From NCBI GenBank assembly GCA_017616775.1, contig JAFZXM010000013.1, positions 9,124 to 73,123 of the forward strand: a DNA stretch of 64,000 bases. The letters are read 5' to 3'. Below, piece by piece: positions 46,797-57,141 of this stretch. The first letter of the stretch is position 1. Each line of letters starts with the position of its first letter. Position numbers and translations under genes: made by a program. This DNA comes from Bacteroidales bacterium. GTDB taxonomy: Bacteria > Bacteroidota > Bacteroidia > Bacteroidales > WCHB1-69. The notes under the pieces were generated by a model. The model was not told the DNA's origin and ran no database searches. It was given only the letters and a program-made list of their open reading frames with translations.

Positions 46797-47150
46797 TTAT
46801 TCATTAAGATATTGTGTAAAATCAATATCTTGTTCTAAAAAATCAGTGCCTTTGCCGGTGTTGGGATTGATGGTGAGCCAGTCTATGGTTTCGGTATTTG
46901 TTTCATTATCAATATAGCAATGCACCACAACGTTTTCATTGTCAAAATGGTCAATCACAACCACAGGTGCTTTGGAGTAGTTTTGTGCCATTTGCAGTAT
47001 TTGCCGTACACTATACACGGTGCCGTCTGGCAAAGAAGGCAAGGTATCGTATATCATGCCGGTGTGAGTTGCGGGAGTGCCGGGGTTTTGGTTGGTTTGA
47101 CACGCAGCCAGCGCTATAATGAACAATAATAATATCTCTATTTTTTTCAT
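46797..47150 (-). CDS. small hypothetical lipoprotein
   Basis: MKK followed by a hydrophobic stretch and lipobox ALAAC. Confidence 0.7.
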   Translation of the reverse strand: MKKIEILLLFIIALAACQTNQNPGTPATHTGMIYDTLPSLPDGTVYSVRQILQMAQNYSKAPVVVIDHFDNENVVVHCYIDNETNTETIDWLTINPNTGKGTDFLEQDIDFTQYLNE

Positions 47151-47207
47151 CACTGAACATACAAAAATAAACAAAAATTATTCCATACAGGTAAAGACAA
47201 GATGATG

Positions 47208-47837
47208 TTACAAATAATGTTTGTTAAAGCATGTTTCCAGCAGCAGGGAAATGGAAGGATAGGTGTTTTTGCAGAATTCCTGCATATTATATTTGTTCAT
47301 CCATTTTACCAGGGTGATGTGCTCTTCCGTTTGGGGAGAAGGGGTTTCTTCAGGTATATTTTGCATAATATACCAGTGTGTTTGTTTGAGAACTAATTTC
47401 GGGCAGTCTCCTTGCCGGAAAATATGATAGGTATATCCTGCATCCTGCAATATTTTCAAGTTTTGAAGCCCTGTTTCTTCTTGTACTTCACGTATGGCTG
47501 TTTGCATATCGGTTTCATTTTGTTCCACATGCCCTTTGGGCAGGTCCCATTTGCCCAACCGTTCCATTGCCAATATGTTATCTTTGGAGCAAACTATGCC
47601 GCCTGCCGCTTTTTGGAACAGGAAACATTGTTTTATGTCATCCAAAAATGCTTCGGCTTGGGTGATAGTATCACATACTATTATTATGTTTTGCCGGGAG
47701 GAAATAAACTGCTCTGCAAGATCGGGGACGGATTTAATGTGATTGTAATACAGAAAATTACTTTTTAAAGAAGTAACATCGGATTTTTTTATCACTTCTA
47801 TAAAGTTATAATTGTAGAAAAGTTTGTATATTTGCAT
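47208..47837 (-). CDS. NUDIX hydrolase
   Basis: AAGG, WDLPKGHVE..E....TAIREVQEETG (Nudix box), PQTEE.I. Confidence 0.92.
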   Translation of the reverse strand: MQIYKLFYNYNFIEVIKKSDVTSLKSNFLYYNHIKSVPDLAEQFISSRQNIIIVCDTITQAEAFLDDIKQCFLFQKAAGGIVCSKDNILAMERLGKWDLPKGHVEQNETDMQTAIREVQEETGLQNLKILQDAGYTYHIFRQGDCPKLVLKQTHWYIMQNIPEETPSPQTEEHITLVKWMNKYNMQEFCKNTYPSISLLLETCFNKHYL

Positions 47838-47862
47838 TCTTAAAAATTTAAGTAGATAACGT

Positions 47863-48501
47863 ATGGAATCAGCAAAAAATTGTGCAAAAAATTTATTGTC
47901 CATTAAAGCAATAAAACTCAGTCCGAATCAGCCTTTTACATGGGCATCGGGGTTAAAATCCCCTATATATTGTGATAATCGTAAAACATTATCCTATCCT
48001 GAAATGCGAAGTTTTATTCGGGACGGACTGGTTTCGGTGATTCGCAAATATTATCCTGATGTGCAGGTGATAGCCGGTGTGGCTACGGGAGCCATTGCAC
48101 AAGGTGTTTTGGTAGCACAGGAGTTGGGGCTTCCCTTTGTGTATGTGCGTAGTGAAGAAAAAAAACACGGGCTTACCAACAAAGTGGAAGGTGTTGTAAA
48201 TAAAGGAGATAAAGTTGTTGTGGTGGAAGATTTGGTATCTACAGGCCAAAGCAGCTTAAATGCGGCACAAACTTTGCAGGATATGGGTTGTAATGTATTG
48301 GGCATGGTGGCTATATTTACTTATAACTTACCCATAGCATCCCAAAGGTTTGCAGAGGCCAAATTGGAGTTGCACACGCTCACGCATTATGGTATATTGG
48401 TAGAAGAAGCGGCGAAAGAAGGATATATTAAAGAAAATGAAATAGAAGTGCTTAATGCATGGAGTAAAGATCCCGATGCATGGGCGGAACAACATCGATA
48501 A
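47863..48501 (+). CDS. pyrE: orotate phosphoribosyltransferase
   Basis: FTWASG.KSPIYCDNR, VVVVEDLVSTG.S. Confidence 0.95.
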   Translation: MESAKNCAKNLLSIKAIKLSPNQPFTWASGLKSPIYCDNRKTLSYPEMRSFIRDGLVSVIRKYYPDVQVIAGVATGAIAQGVLVAQELGLPFVYVRSEEKKHGLTNKVEGVVNKGDKVVVVEDLVSTGQSSLNAAQTLQDMGCNVLGMVAIFTYNLPIASQRFAEAKLELHTLTHYGILVEEAAKEGYIKENEIEVLNAWSKDPDAWAEQHR

Positions 48502-48504
48502 TGC

Positions 48505-48909
48505 ATGAATATCGCAAGTGATATAGTAGATATTAACGTTACAAACGAGCAAGTGTTCGCACTTGTAAACGATTGCACTCATCTTGAAAATCAAATTCCG
48601 GGGGTGCAGGATTGGAAAGCCGATGCAAAGCAATGCAGCTTTTCTGTCAGCGGTGTGGGGCATATAGAAATGAGTATAAAAGAAGAAATCCCCTATTCCA
48701 AAGTGGTATATAGTATTACAAGTGCCATGTTTCCTCAAAGTGTTGAATTGCTGTTTTTAATAGAAGGTCAGGATAATATCAGCAAATTATCCATAGTCAC
48801 CGAAATCAATCTTCCTTTTATGATATCGCAAATGGTGAAAAAGCCCTTGCAAAAATTTGTCAATACATTGGCCTCCCAAATAAAAGCAGCTGCAGAAAAC
48901 AGATACTAA
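48505..48909 (+). CDS. SRPBCC/polyketide-cyclase-like protein
   Basis: 134 aa, 3 nt after pyrE; C-terminal helix PFMISQMVKKPLQKFVN.L. Confidence 0.7.
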   Translation: MNIASDIVDINVTNEQVFALVNDCTHLENQIPGVQDWKADAKQCSFSVSGVGHIEMSIKEEIPYSKVVYSITSAMFPQSVELLFLIEGQDNISKLSIVTEINLPFMISQMVKKPLQKFVNTLASQIKAAAENRY

Positions 48910-48916
48910 AATCACA

Positions 48917-51661
48917 GTGCATAAAATACTGAAATATCTATGTTACGGAGCAATATCAATTTTATTGTTGATATTGTCGTATATAGGTATTCCTTATTTG
49001 GTAAGTCCCATATATGATTTTCGTGTATCCACCCCTTTTGAGGGAGAAAATTATTACAATCCTTATCAAAACATTTCTTCCCGGTGGCAAATAGCCAATT
49101 TTCATACGCACAGTAAATCTTGGGGAGGTGTCACCGATGGCAAAAACAATCGGCTTTTACAGGTAGTAAACACATACAAATATTTGGGATATAATCACAT
49201 AGGCATATCCAATTATCAAAAAATCACGGATATCCGTTATGATAACGGATCTTATCTTACTATTCCTTCATACGAACACGGCATCAATGTAAAAAAAAGG
49301 CATCAGTTGATATTGGGGGCCGACAGGGTGGTGTGGATGGATTTCTTTTTTCATCAGAATATGCATCACAAGCAATTTATGTTGGATAAGTTGCGCGGCT
49401 CATGTGATTTTTTAACCGTTAATCATCCGCAATTTTGTGAAGGATATTTGCCTCAGGATTTTTCTTTGCTTTCCAATTACGATGCGGTGGAGGTGTTTAA
49501 TCATTATCGCACGTCCATAGCCCAGTGGGACAGCGCTTTGTCGAGCGGATATTATGCGGTGCTGTTAGCCGATGATGATATGCACAGCTTGGATAAAATG
49601 GATGAAGTGAGTTCCAATTTCACGGTGGTAAACACATCTGTGTTATCGAGGGGAAATATAGTGCAGGCTCTTAAGAACGGGCAACATTTCGGGGTGCGCA
49701 TACACAGGCAGGCACAAGAGAGTTTGGCCATAAAAAAAGCCCGAATAGCACAATTGGTTTATCCGCAAACTATTGAAATGAAAGGGGATACTCTGGTTGC
49801 CATATTCACTCAAAAGGTGTCGGGGGTGGCTTTTATAGGACAAAACGGTGTTTTAAAACATGAACGGCATTTCACCGACAGTGCCCAATATGTATTTGAC
49901 AGTACGGATACATATATACGGATAGAAGTATATGACAAAGACAGTAATCATATATTGTATAATCCCATAGTCCGCTGTATGGGGAAGGCTCCTCATAAAA
50001 CGGAGCCCAACAGTGTGAATAATTGGAAAAGCGGCATCAAATACGGATTGGAAATATTGGTGTTGTTGGTTTTATTGCGGATATGTTTCCAAAATAGGAT
50101 AAAAAGAACAGTTCAAAAGGGGATTCGTTATTTGCAATTGCCTTATCGCCGCCACTTGTTGATAATTGTGGGAATATCGTTGTTTGTCCGATTTACCATG
50201 GCTTGTTTGTTTGAATTAAACAACGATGAATTGTATTATCGTTTGTATGCCATGTTTCCCCAATGGAGTTATTTTGACCATCCTCCCATGGTGGGGTGGA
50301 TGATCAATCTCACCACCTTGCATTTGTTATTGGACAATGAATTGTTTATTCGATTGGGGGCATTGGTGTTATGTACGGTCAATTCATTTTTGGTGTTTGA
50401 TATTGCCCAAAAAATATCCGGAGATAAAACGGGAGTAATTGCGGTGTTGCTTTTTAATCTGTCTCCGTATGTGCTTTTGGTTACGGGCACTTTTATTATT
50501 CCCGATGCGGGCTTGATGTTTTTTATGTTAATGGGCATGCGGGAAGCCGTGTGTATATATGTTACGGGCATACATAAGGAGCGAAAACATTTTATGGCAT
50601 TGGGATTATGGATAGGTTTGGCTTGTTTGTCCAAATACACGGCTTTGGTAATGTGGGCGGGAATAGGATTGTATATATTAATATATGATCGTTCGTGGTT
50701 AAAAAACAAATGGTTGTATATGGCTGTAGCCATAACGGCAGTATGTTGCCTGCCTGTATTATATTGGAATATACAGCACAATTTCATCAGTTTCACCTAT
50801 CATGGCAACAGAGTGATGATGAATGGCCTGCATATGGGTGATTTTTTTGCTGAATTGGGAGGGGAATTATTGTACAATCATCCTATATTGTTAATAGGAA
50901 TATGGATTAATATTTATTTGTTTTTTAGGCATAAGATGTATGTTCCCGAAAAGAAGTCGCCATATATATTGTTTTATTTGGTTTCGTTGCCGTTAATATT
51001 GCTGTTTTTATTTTTTGCCATGTTTAAACCCATATTGCCGCATTGGAATGCACCGGCATATACTTTGTTGCTTATTCCTGCGTCGGGAATGATAGTGGAT
51101 ATTTATGAGCAGCACAAAAAAAACATATACAGGAGTTTGCAATTGGCAATTGCATTGTTGGCGGTGGTATATGTGTTGTTTATGATACAATTTGCCAAAG
51201 GGTATATTATTTCGCATCCTAAATATGTAAAAGATTATTCTATAGAAATAGCCACTTGTAAAAAAGCGGCAAAAGCGTTTTTGGCTCATGCTTCCCATGC
51301 GGAAGAGCGCGGATTGATAGCTAAAGATGCACCTGTATTATGTCCCCGTTGGGAGCTTGCCGCCAACTATGAATTTCATATTGCCCGGAAAAGTCCGTAT
51401 AGAATACTTACTACAGGTCCGTTGTATCGCACACATGAATATGCCAATATTACCCGCAAGCGGGACAGATTGGATTTGGGAATGGATATGTGGTTTGTTA
51501 CCGATAATTATGCATATCAGCCTCCTCAATATTTATCTTGCTGTTTTACAAGCATATCGCCTGCAGATACGATAATAATATGCAGAAACAACAAGCCCGC
51601 AAAGGAAGTATATATATATCGTATGCAGAAATTGAAACGGGAGTTACCTTATATTTATTAG
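48917..51661 (+). CDS. fusion of a PHP-family phosphoesterase and a GT39/ArnT-like (GT-C) glycosyltransferase
   Basis: N-half NFHTHS, YEHG, NHP, EVFN, DDDMH; C-half DELYY..YFDHPP.VGW, IIPD, LSKYT, P.LYWN with many TM helices. Confidence 0.8.
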   Translation: MHKILKYLCYGAISILLLILSYIGIPYLVSPIYDFRVSTPFEGENYYNPYQNISSRWQIANFHTHSKSWGGVTDGKNNRLLQVVNTYKYLGYNHIGISNYQKITDIRYDNGSYLTIPSYEHGINVKKRHQLILGADRVVWMDFFFHQNMHHKQFMLDKLRGSCDFLTVNHPQFCEGYLPQDFSLLSNYDAVEVFNHYRTSIAQWDSALSSGYYAVLLADDDMHSLDKMDEVSSNFTVVNTSVLSRGNIVQALKNGQHFGVRIHRQAQESLAIKKARIAQLVYPQTIEMKGDTLVAIFTQKVSGVAFIGQNGVLKHERHFTDSAQYVFDSTDTYIRIEVYDKDSNHILYNPIVRCMGKAPHKTEPNSVNNWKSGIKYGLEILVLLVLLRICFQNRIKRTVQKGIRYLQLPYRRHLLIIVGISLFVRFTMACLFELNNDELYYRLYAMFPQWSYFDHPPMVGWMINLTTLHLLLDNELFIRLGALVLCTVNSFLVFDIAQKISGDKTGVIAVLLFNLSPYVLLVTGTFIIPDAGLMFFMLMGMREAVCIYVTGIHKERKHFMALGLWIGLACLSKYTALVMWAGIGLYILIYDRSWLKNKWLYMAVAITAVCCLPVLYWNIQHNFISFTYHGNRVMMNGLHMGDFFAELGGELLYNHPILLIGIWINIYLFFRHKMYVPEKKSPYILFYLVSLPLILLFLFFAMFKPILPHWNAPAYTLLLIPASGMIVDIYEQHKKNIYRSLQLAIALLAVVYVLFMIQFAKGYIISHPKYVKDYSIEIATCKKAAKAFLAHASHAEERGLIAKDAPVLCPRWELAANYEFHIARKSPYRILTTGPLYRTHEYANITRKRDRLDLGMDMWFVTDNYAYQPPQYLSCCFTSISPADTIIICRNNKPAKEVYIYRMQKLKRELPYIY

Positions 51662-53223
51662 TTTAATTTTATTTTATTCAATTGTACAGGGGGCAGATAG
51701 GCTTCTATGATATAACGGGAAAACAGGGTGCTGTCGAAGTCAAAAATGTTTTTTGCTTGAGGGCGCAGGAAATGTTGATAGTTAATTTGTTGGTATTCCA
51801 GTTTTTGCATAGGCAAGCAGGGTGTTGTTTCTTTCGGCGGTCCGGATATGTATGAGGGTTCGCAATGCAATTCTTCGCATGTCATTCCCGGGGCCGATAT
51901 TTTAAAATGAACACAGCTGTCATTGGTATAAAGTGTAAAATTCCCTTTATTATCGGTAAAAGTATGCATTCCTACCGACCAATCGCTATTCCAAGCCCGA
52001 ACCACGGCACCTTCCACGGCTTTGTTTTTGTTGTTCACAACTTTTCCTTTAATACATATATTGCCATATCCGAGCATGTTGTAATAATTCATGGGTCGGG
52101 GTGCCTTGTTTTCTGGAGTATAAGTTAAAGCTTTTTTAGTATATTCCGCTATAGGTTTAGGGGCTCCCAAAATGCGGTGTTTTCCGTCGGCGGTGCAGGT
52201 GGTGTCATCATGGTGCAATATTCCTGCATATTTTCCTTCAAACACGCCTATATTGGCATCTTGAAATTCCCACCAGCCGAAGCCGCAAACACCACAGTCT
52301 CTGGCATATCGGAAAACATGGTCAAAATATTCACATTGGTATTGATAAGGTATGCTGTCGTTTTCTGCCGGCAAAGCGGTTTCTCCCAGCATCAGCGGTT
52401 TGTGGATATAGGTTTTATACCAATATATTTCACTTTTTATTCTAAGCGGATTGTAAGAATGTATTTGTACAAAGTCAACAGGTAAGACAGAAGGATCCCA
52501 CTTAAACACTTCCAATGGTTCGGCCATGCCTATGGTGAAAAGTTGATGCGGTGCGTATTGATGCATCAAATCGGCCCAATGACTCACAATTTGATAAGCA
52601 TCTGCTTTCGTCCGGTGTTTTTCCGTATCAAAATACAGGGGTTCGTTGAAGAAATCGTATGCAAAAACAGTGGGTTCTTCCTGAAAGGTTTTTAATAAGG
52701 CTATGGTAAATTTTTCTATTTGCGGATTAAAAGGAGCTTTGATCAGGAGCATGACTTTTATGTCTTCCGATTTGGCTATTGATATAAAGCGTTGAAGACC
52801 GTGAATAATTTCTTTTTGGCATTGGTGTAAATAGATTTTATTGCTATCGGCCCAATAAAAGGGCATATTGTTTTGATCAAAATGAATGCGGTCAAAAATC
52901 AAACGGATGGAATTGAAACCCATTTCTTTGATTAATTGCAGGTGTCCTTCTATTTGTTGTTGGTTGTCTTCTTCGGTATCGGTTTCAAAGCAATCCATAT
53001 CTTCATAATAGATACAGGGAGCCACCACAAATTTGCTGTCCATAAGGCGATAATTAACCACATAATTAAGCATTAAAGGAAAAAAGGTGTCGTTGTTTAT
53101 TTTAAACACATCATTTTCTATGTGTACAAAGTTGTGTTGCGGTGTATATGCGGGTTGACGACGGCATGCGTACAATAGTATAAGTATGCCTATAATGTAT
53201 ATCGGATAAAAACGGCGGTGCAT
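51658..53223 (-). CDS. clan GH-A (GH5-like) glycoside hydrolase lipoprotein with a C-terminal carboxypeptidase-regulatory-like domain
   Basis: Lipobox LLYAC; MGFNSIR, YDFFNEP (acid/base), IHSY, PLMLGET (nucleophile), GFGWW; IKGKVVN...VEGA.V. Confidence 0.75.
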   Translation of the reverse strand: MHRRFYPIYIIGILILLYACRRQPAYTPQHNFVHIENDVFKINNDTFFPLMLNYVVNYRLMDSKFVVAPCIYYEDMDCFETDTEEDNQQQIEGHLQLIKEMGFNSIRLIFDRIHFDQNNMPFYWADSNKIYLHQCQKEIIHGLQRFISIAKSEDIKVMLLIKAPFNPQIEKFTIALLKTFQEEPTVFAYDFFNEPLYFDTEKHRTKADAYQIVSHWADLMHQYAPHQLFTIGMAEPLEVFKWDPSVLPVDFVQIHSYNPLRIKSEIYWYKTYIHKPLMLGETALPAENDSIPYQYQCEYFDHVFRYARDCGVCGFGWWEFQDANIGVFEGKYAGILHHDDTTCTADGKHRILGAPKPIAEYTKKALTYTPENKAPRPMNYYNMLGYGNICIKGKVVNNKNKAVEGAVVRAWNSDWSVGMHTFTDNKGNFTLYTNDSCVHFKISAPGMTCEELHCEPSYISGPPKETTPCLPMQKLEYQQINYQHFLRPQAKNIFDFDSTLFSRYIIEAYLPPVQLNKIKLN

Positions 53224-53224
53224 G

Positions 53225-53986
53225 TTATCGGATATTTCTTTGACGTAAAATTTCAAACATAATAACACCTGCCGCTACGGACACATTGAGAGATTCTATA
53301 GTGCCGGTCATGGGGATTTTTACTTTTTGAGAGCACTTGTTCAATATATCGCCGGAGATACCTTCGTATTCATTTCCCATTACCAGGCAGGTAGGACCGT
53401 TAAAGTCGTGTTCATAATAAATTTGACCGGCTTTTTCGGTGCATGCCACCACATTTACTCCGCTTTGTTGTAAATAATCAATAATTTCGGCAAGGTTATC
53501 GTGCCGGCAGACAGGAATTTGGTGTAATGCTCCGGCAGAGGTTTTTATGGCGTCTTCATTAATTTGAGCCGTATGTTTGGCCGGTATGATAATGGCATGT
53601 ACGCCGGCACATTCGGCACTCCGGGCTATGGAGCCGATATTGCGGACATCGGTGAGGCTGTCCAGAATCAGAATAAAAGGCATTTTTCCTTCTTCGTAAA
53701 GGGTGGGTATTATATCAAAAATACTTTGGTATATAATCATGGACATTAAGCATACCACACCCTGGTGATTGCCTTTTGTATATCTGTTGAGGCGTTCAAC
53801 GGGAACATATTGGAAAGGAATATTTTGTTGCCGAATCAGGTGAAACAATTCTTTAAACAAATCACCGGACAAGCCCCGCTGTAATATTATTTTATCTATT
53901 TCTTTGCCGCCGGCAATGGCTTCCATAACAGGCCGGATGCCATAAATAAGATGTTTTTTGTTTTTATTGTGTTCCGTTGCGTTCAT
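53225..53986 (-). CDS. rlmB: 23S rRNA (Gm2251) methyltransferase RlmB
   Basis: IYGIRPV.EA, HQGV, LD..TD.RN.G.I.R, MGNE..G, IPM.G..ESLNVSVA. Confidence 0.95.
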   Translation of the reverse strand: MNATEHNKNKKHLIYGIRPVMEAIAGGKEIDKIILQRGLSGDLFKELFHLIRQQNIPFQYVPVERLNRYTKGNHQGVVCLMSMIIYQSIFDIIPTLYEEGKMPFILILDSLTDVRNIGSIARSAECAGVHAIIIPAKHTAQINEDAIKTSAGALHQIPVCRHDNLAEIIDYLQQSGVNVVACTEKAGQIYYEHDFNGPTCLVMGNEYEGISGDILNKCSQKVKIPMTGTIESLNVSVAAGVIMFEILRQRNIR

Positions 53987-54030
53987 AATTATATTGTTAT
54001 TTTTACAAAGGTATAAAAATATATGTTATG

Positions 54031-54939
54031 CTATTTGATATAAATGATGGAAAGCACTTCCGGAGATGCATAAGGAGCCCCGGGATATTTGTCGGTAAAA
54101 TCCAAATTGAGCCAATATTCATCATTTTTATCCAAGCGATAACATATTTGTTTGTTTTTTACTTTTTCGGGAAAGCAGGTATAAATGGCATTAACATATT
54201 TGTCAAACTGATTTTTGTTGCCGCAATACATTTCGGGGTAAACATGATTGGGAGCCCATATTATACGGACATTCACCCCTATGGCTTTGAGCGTGGAGGC
54301 CATAAGTATGCTGTAATCGTCGCAATCTCCGGCCATAAGCTGTATGCTTTCATCAGGAGTGGCAAAATAATCAAAGCCGGAAGGATCGCTTACATATTTG
54401 TAATTGTCCTTGATATATTTTATAAGCGAAAATTGACGGCATATTTGTCGGTATTTGGTATAATATTCATCAAAATAGAGCAAAGAATGTTCTACGGCAA
54501 AATTACGCACAACGGAATCTTTATAGTCAATTTTTTGTTGTATGCGTTTTTGTAAAGAAATATGAGGAGCCTTAGAGGTTTTGGCAGGTAATATTTCCAC
54601 TTGGGAGGCTTGATATTTCAAAGAAGTGCTGTTGATGGCGTTGTTGATGACGGCATTGGATTTCCATCCTATTTTACCGACTATAAGAATGAGAATGACA
54701 AGAGCAAAAATACTTATAGTGATGTTGAACATCCATGTGTATTTGGCGTTAAAGTAGAGTAATAAACCGAAAAAGACGGTAAACAAAATGAAAATTTCCA
54801 CTTGAACACGCCCTATATATACAGGAGGTATGAATTGGGTGACAAATGCAGCCAAAATGAATGACAATACGAAAGAAAGGAATATTCGTATGATTTTAAT
54901 TAAACGGTGATTCTGCGTTAATTTATCAAGGGATATCAT
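54031..54939 (-). CDS. membrane-anchored transglutaminase-like protein
   Basis: 3 N-terminal TM helices; YVSDP, GDCDDYSILM, NHVYPE, WLNLD (Cys-His-Asp). Confidence 0.82.
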   Translation of the reverse strand: MISLDKLTQNHRLIKIIRIFLSFVLSFILAAFVTQFIPPVYIGRVQVEIFILFTVFFGLLLYFNAKYTWMFNITISIFALVILILIVGKIGWKSNAVINNAINSTSLKYQASQVEILPAKTSKAPHISLQKRIQQKIDYKDSVVRNFAVEHSLLYFDEYYTKYRQICRQFSLIKYIKDNYKYVSDPSGFDYFATPDESIQLMAGDCDDYSILMASTLKAIGVNVRIIWAPNHVYPEMYCGNKNQFDKYVNAIYTCFPEKVKNKQICYRLDKNDEYWLNLDFTDKYPGAPYASPEVLSIIYIK

Positions 54940-55176
54940 GTAAATGGATTTAAAGCATGCAAAGATAGCACTTTTTTTTGATTCTTACTTTTTTATGAGA
55001 AACGCCATCCTGTTTTCGGGTGGAGAATACTTGGTTTTAGACAATAAGGCATATGATTTTTTTGTTTTTTCAACCTTTTGATGATGCAGGCAGCTGTAAT
55101 TGAAGACAAATTGACAATAAATCAGAAGGTTCTGCATTTCACGGGAAAGTGTTATCTTTGCAAAAAAGAAGTGATA

Positions 55177-57012
55177 ATGATAAAAAAAATATTCATAGGG
55201 TGTTTGTTGTTCGGCTGTTTGTTCCATTTGTCCGCACAAACCGATGACAATACCTTGGCAAAATTGGCTTTGCAATATTATAGCGGCCAGGAATATGACA
55301 AGGCTGCGGAATCCTATGCCCGCTTGTATGCCAATACGCCGAATCATTATTATTATACTTATTATTTTCAAAGTCTGATAAAAATCAAAGATTATAAGGC
55401 TGCCGAAAAATTGGTGCATAAGCAGCTGAAGACCAAATATACCATGTGGGAATACCAGGTGGATTTGGGTTATGTGTTTGAATTACAAAATGAAACAAAC
55501 AAGGCAAAAAAACAATATGAAGCATGTATAGATGCTTTGCTTGTCAATTCTTCTGATGTGGTGGATTTGGCAAGAGCTTTTTTAAACAGGGGCAAAAAAG
55601 AATATGCTGTTAAAACCTATTTAAAAGGGAGGAAATTGTCGGGAAAAGAGGTCGCTTATGCCATGGACATAGCGGTAATATACGAAAATCAAGGTCTATA
55701 CGGACAGGCATCGCAGGAATATTTCGATTTGCTGAATGCAGAACCCGACAAACTTTCCAATGTGGAATCGGTGTTGTTGAGTTGGTGGTTGAACGATGAC
55801 AACAATGAAAAAAAAGACATACTGCGGTCGCAAATACTCAAATATGGTTCACGGTATCCCGACAACAGAGTCTATTCGGATTTGTTAATATGGTATGCTG
55901 TGCAGGAAAAAGATTTTTCTATGGCGCTCAAGCATGTAAAAGCCATGGACAGAAAATATAATTTAGCAGGATATACGGTGTTAAATGTTGCAAATACCGC
56001 TTTGCGAAACGGTGATTATGCTGCAGCCGAAGACGGTTATAAATACATTATATCTTTGGGAAACAAAACCGTTTTGGCAAAGCAGGCGCAAGCGGCATTG
56101 CTGGACGTGCAGCTTTCCCGGTTGCAAACCCCTTCGGGGTGGAATGCTGCCAAAGCCGAAATGACGGATAAAGAGTTAAGACAATATTTTCAACAATATA
56201 ATGTAACGGATAAAAACGCAGAGCTGTATCGTAAATGGATAAGATTCAAAGCTTTGTGTTTAAGGCAAGTGGATACGGCAGCGGCGATGCTGATGCAGCA
56301 AATAGCTTTAGGCAAGCTTCCTCCCCAACAGATAACATTGCTCAAGGTGGATTTAGCCCAATTAAAAGTATTGCAGGGAGATGTATGGGAGGCTATCTTA
56401 TTGAATGCGCAGGTGGAAAAATCCATGCCGAATGATACCATTGCCCAAGTGGCCAAATTCACCAATGCCAAAATTTCACTCATGCAGGGCGAAACAGAGT
56501 GGGCAGAAGCCCAACTGGAAGTGTTGAGTGCGGCAACGTCCAAATTGATAGCCAACGATGCCATGTATTTGGCTTTGCTTATCAGAGACAATAAAAGCGA
56601 AGAAGATAGTTTGTGTGTGCCGCTGCAATATTTTGCCAAGGCGATGTTCCTGACGGAACTTAATTGGTATGACCAGGCGGAAATTATGCTGGACAGTGTA
56701 AGCATGGCCAAAGATTATAAATTGAACGATGACGTGCTTTATTATCAAGCCATGATAGCCAAATATAGGGGAGAATATGCAAAAGCAGACAGCTTGCTGG
56801 AAGTGTTTTTGCTCAATTATTCAACCGAATTGTTGGCGGATGACGCCTTATATGAAAGGGCTCTTTTGCAAGAGCAATATTTGAAAAATCCGGTGTCGGC
56901 CATGGATTTGTACCAGCAGCTGCTCACTTATCATTCCGATAGTATTTATGCCGTAGAAGCGCGTAATCATATCCACGCTTTGCGTAGCAATATGCAAAGA
57001 CAAACAGAATAA
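55177..57012 (+). CDS. tetratricopeptide-repeat protein with signal peptide
   Basis: Helical TPR-like repeats; AQLEVL.AATSKLIANDA and DDALY motifs. ATG 55177 follows TATCTTTG at 55153. Confidence 0.85.
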   Translation: MIKKIFIGCLLFGCLFHLSAQTDDNTLAKLALQYYSGQEYDKAAESYARLYANTPNHYYYTYYFQSLIKIKDYKAAEKLVHKQLKTKYTMWEYQVDLGYVFELQNETNKAKKQYEACIDALLVNSSDVVDLARAFLNRGKKEYAVKTYLKGRKLSGKEVAYAMDIAVIYENQGLYGQASQEYFDLLNAEPDKLSNVESVLLSWWLNDDNNEKKDILRSQILKYGSRYPDNRVYSDLLIWYAVQEKDFSMALKHVKAMDRKYNLAGYTVLNVANTALRNGDYAAAEDGYKYIISLGNKTVLAKQAQAALLDVQLSRLQTPSGWNAAKAEMTDKELRQYFQQYNVTDKNAELYRKWIRFKALCLRQVDTAAAMLMQQIALGKLPPQQITLLKVDLAQLKVLQGDVWEAILLNAQVEKSMPNDTIAQVAKFTNAKISLMQGETEWAEAQLEVLSAATSKLIANDAMYLALLIRDNKSEEDSLCVPLQYFAKAMFLTELNWYDQAEIMLDSVSMAKDYKLNDDVLYYQAMIAKYRGEYAKADSLLEVFLLNYSTELLADDALYERALLQEQYLKNPVSAMDLYQQLLTYHSDSIYAVEARNHIHALRSNMQRQTE

Positions 57013-57141
57013 TATCTTATCCGCCCGTAAGTGTGAAATGTTTCCGGTTTGCGGAAACGGAGCCGGTAAAACAAGAATGAAAAGTTGTGCCAAAACGGCT
57101 GTATTTGTCCTTTTTTTCTGTCAATTTGTCATTTTTTTTGT

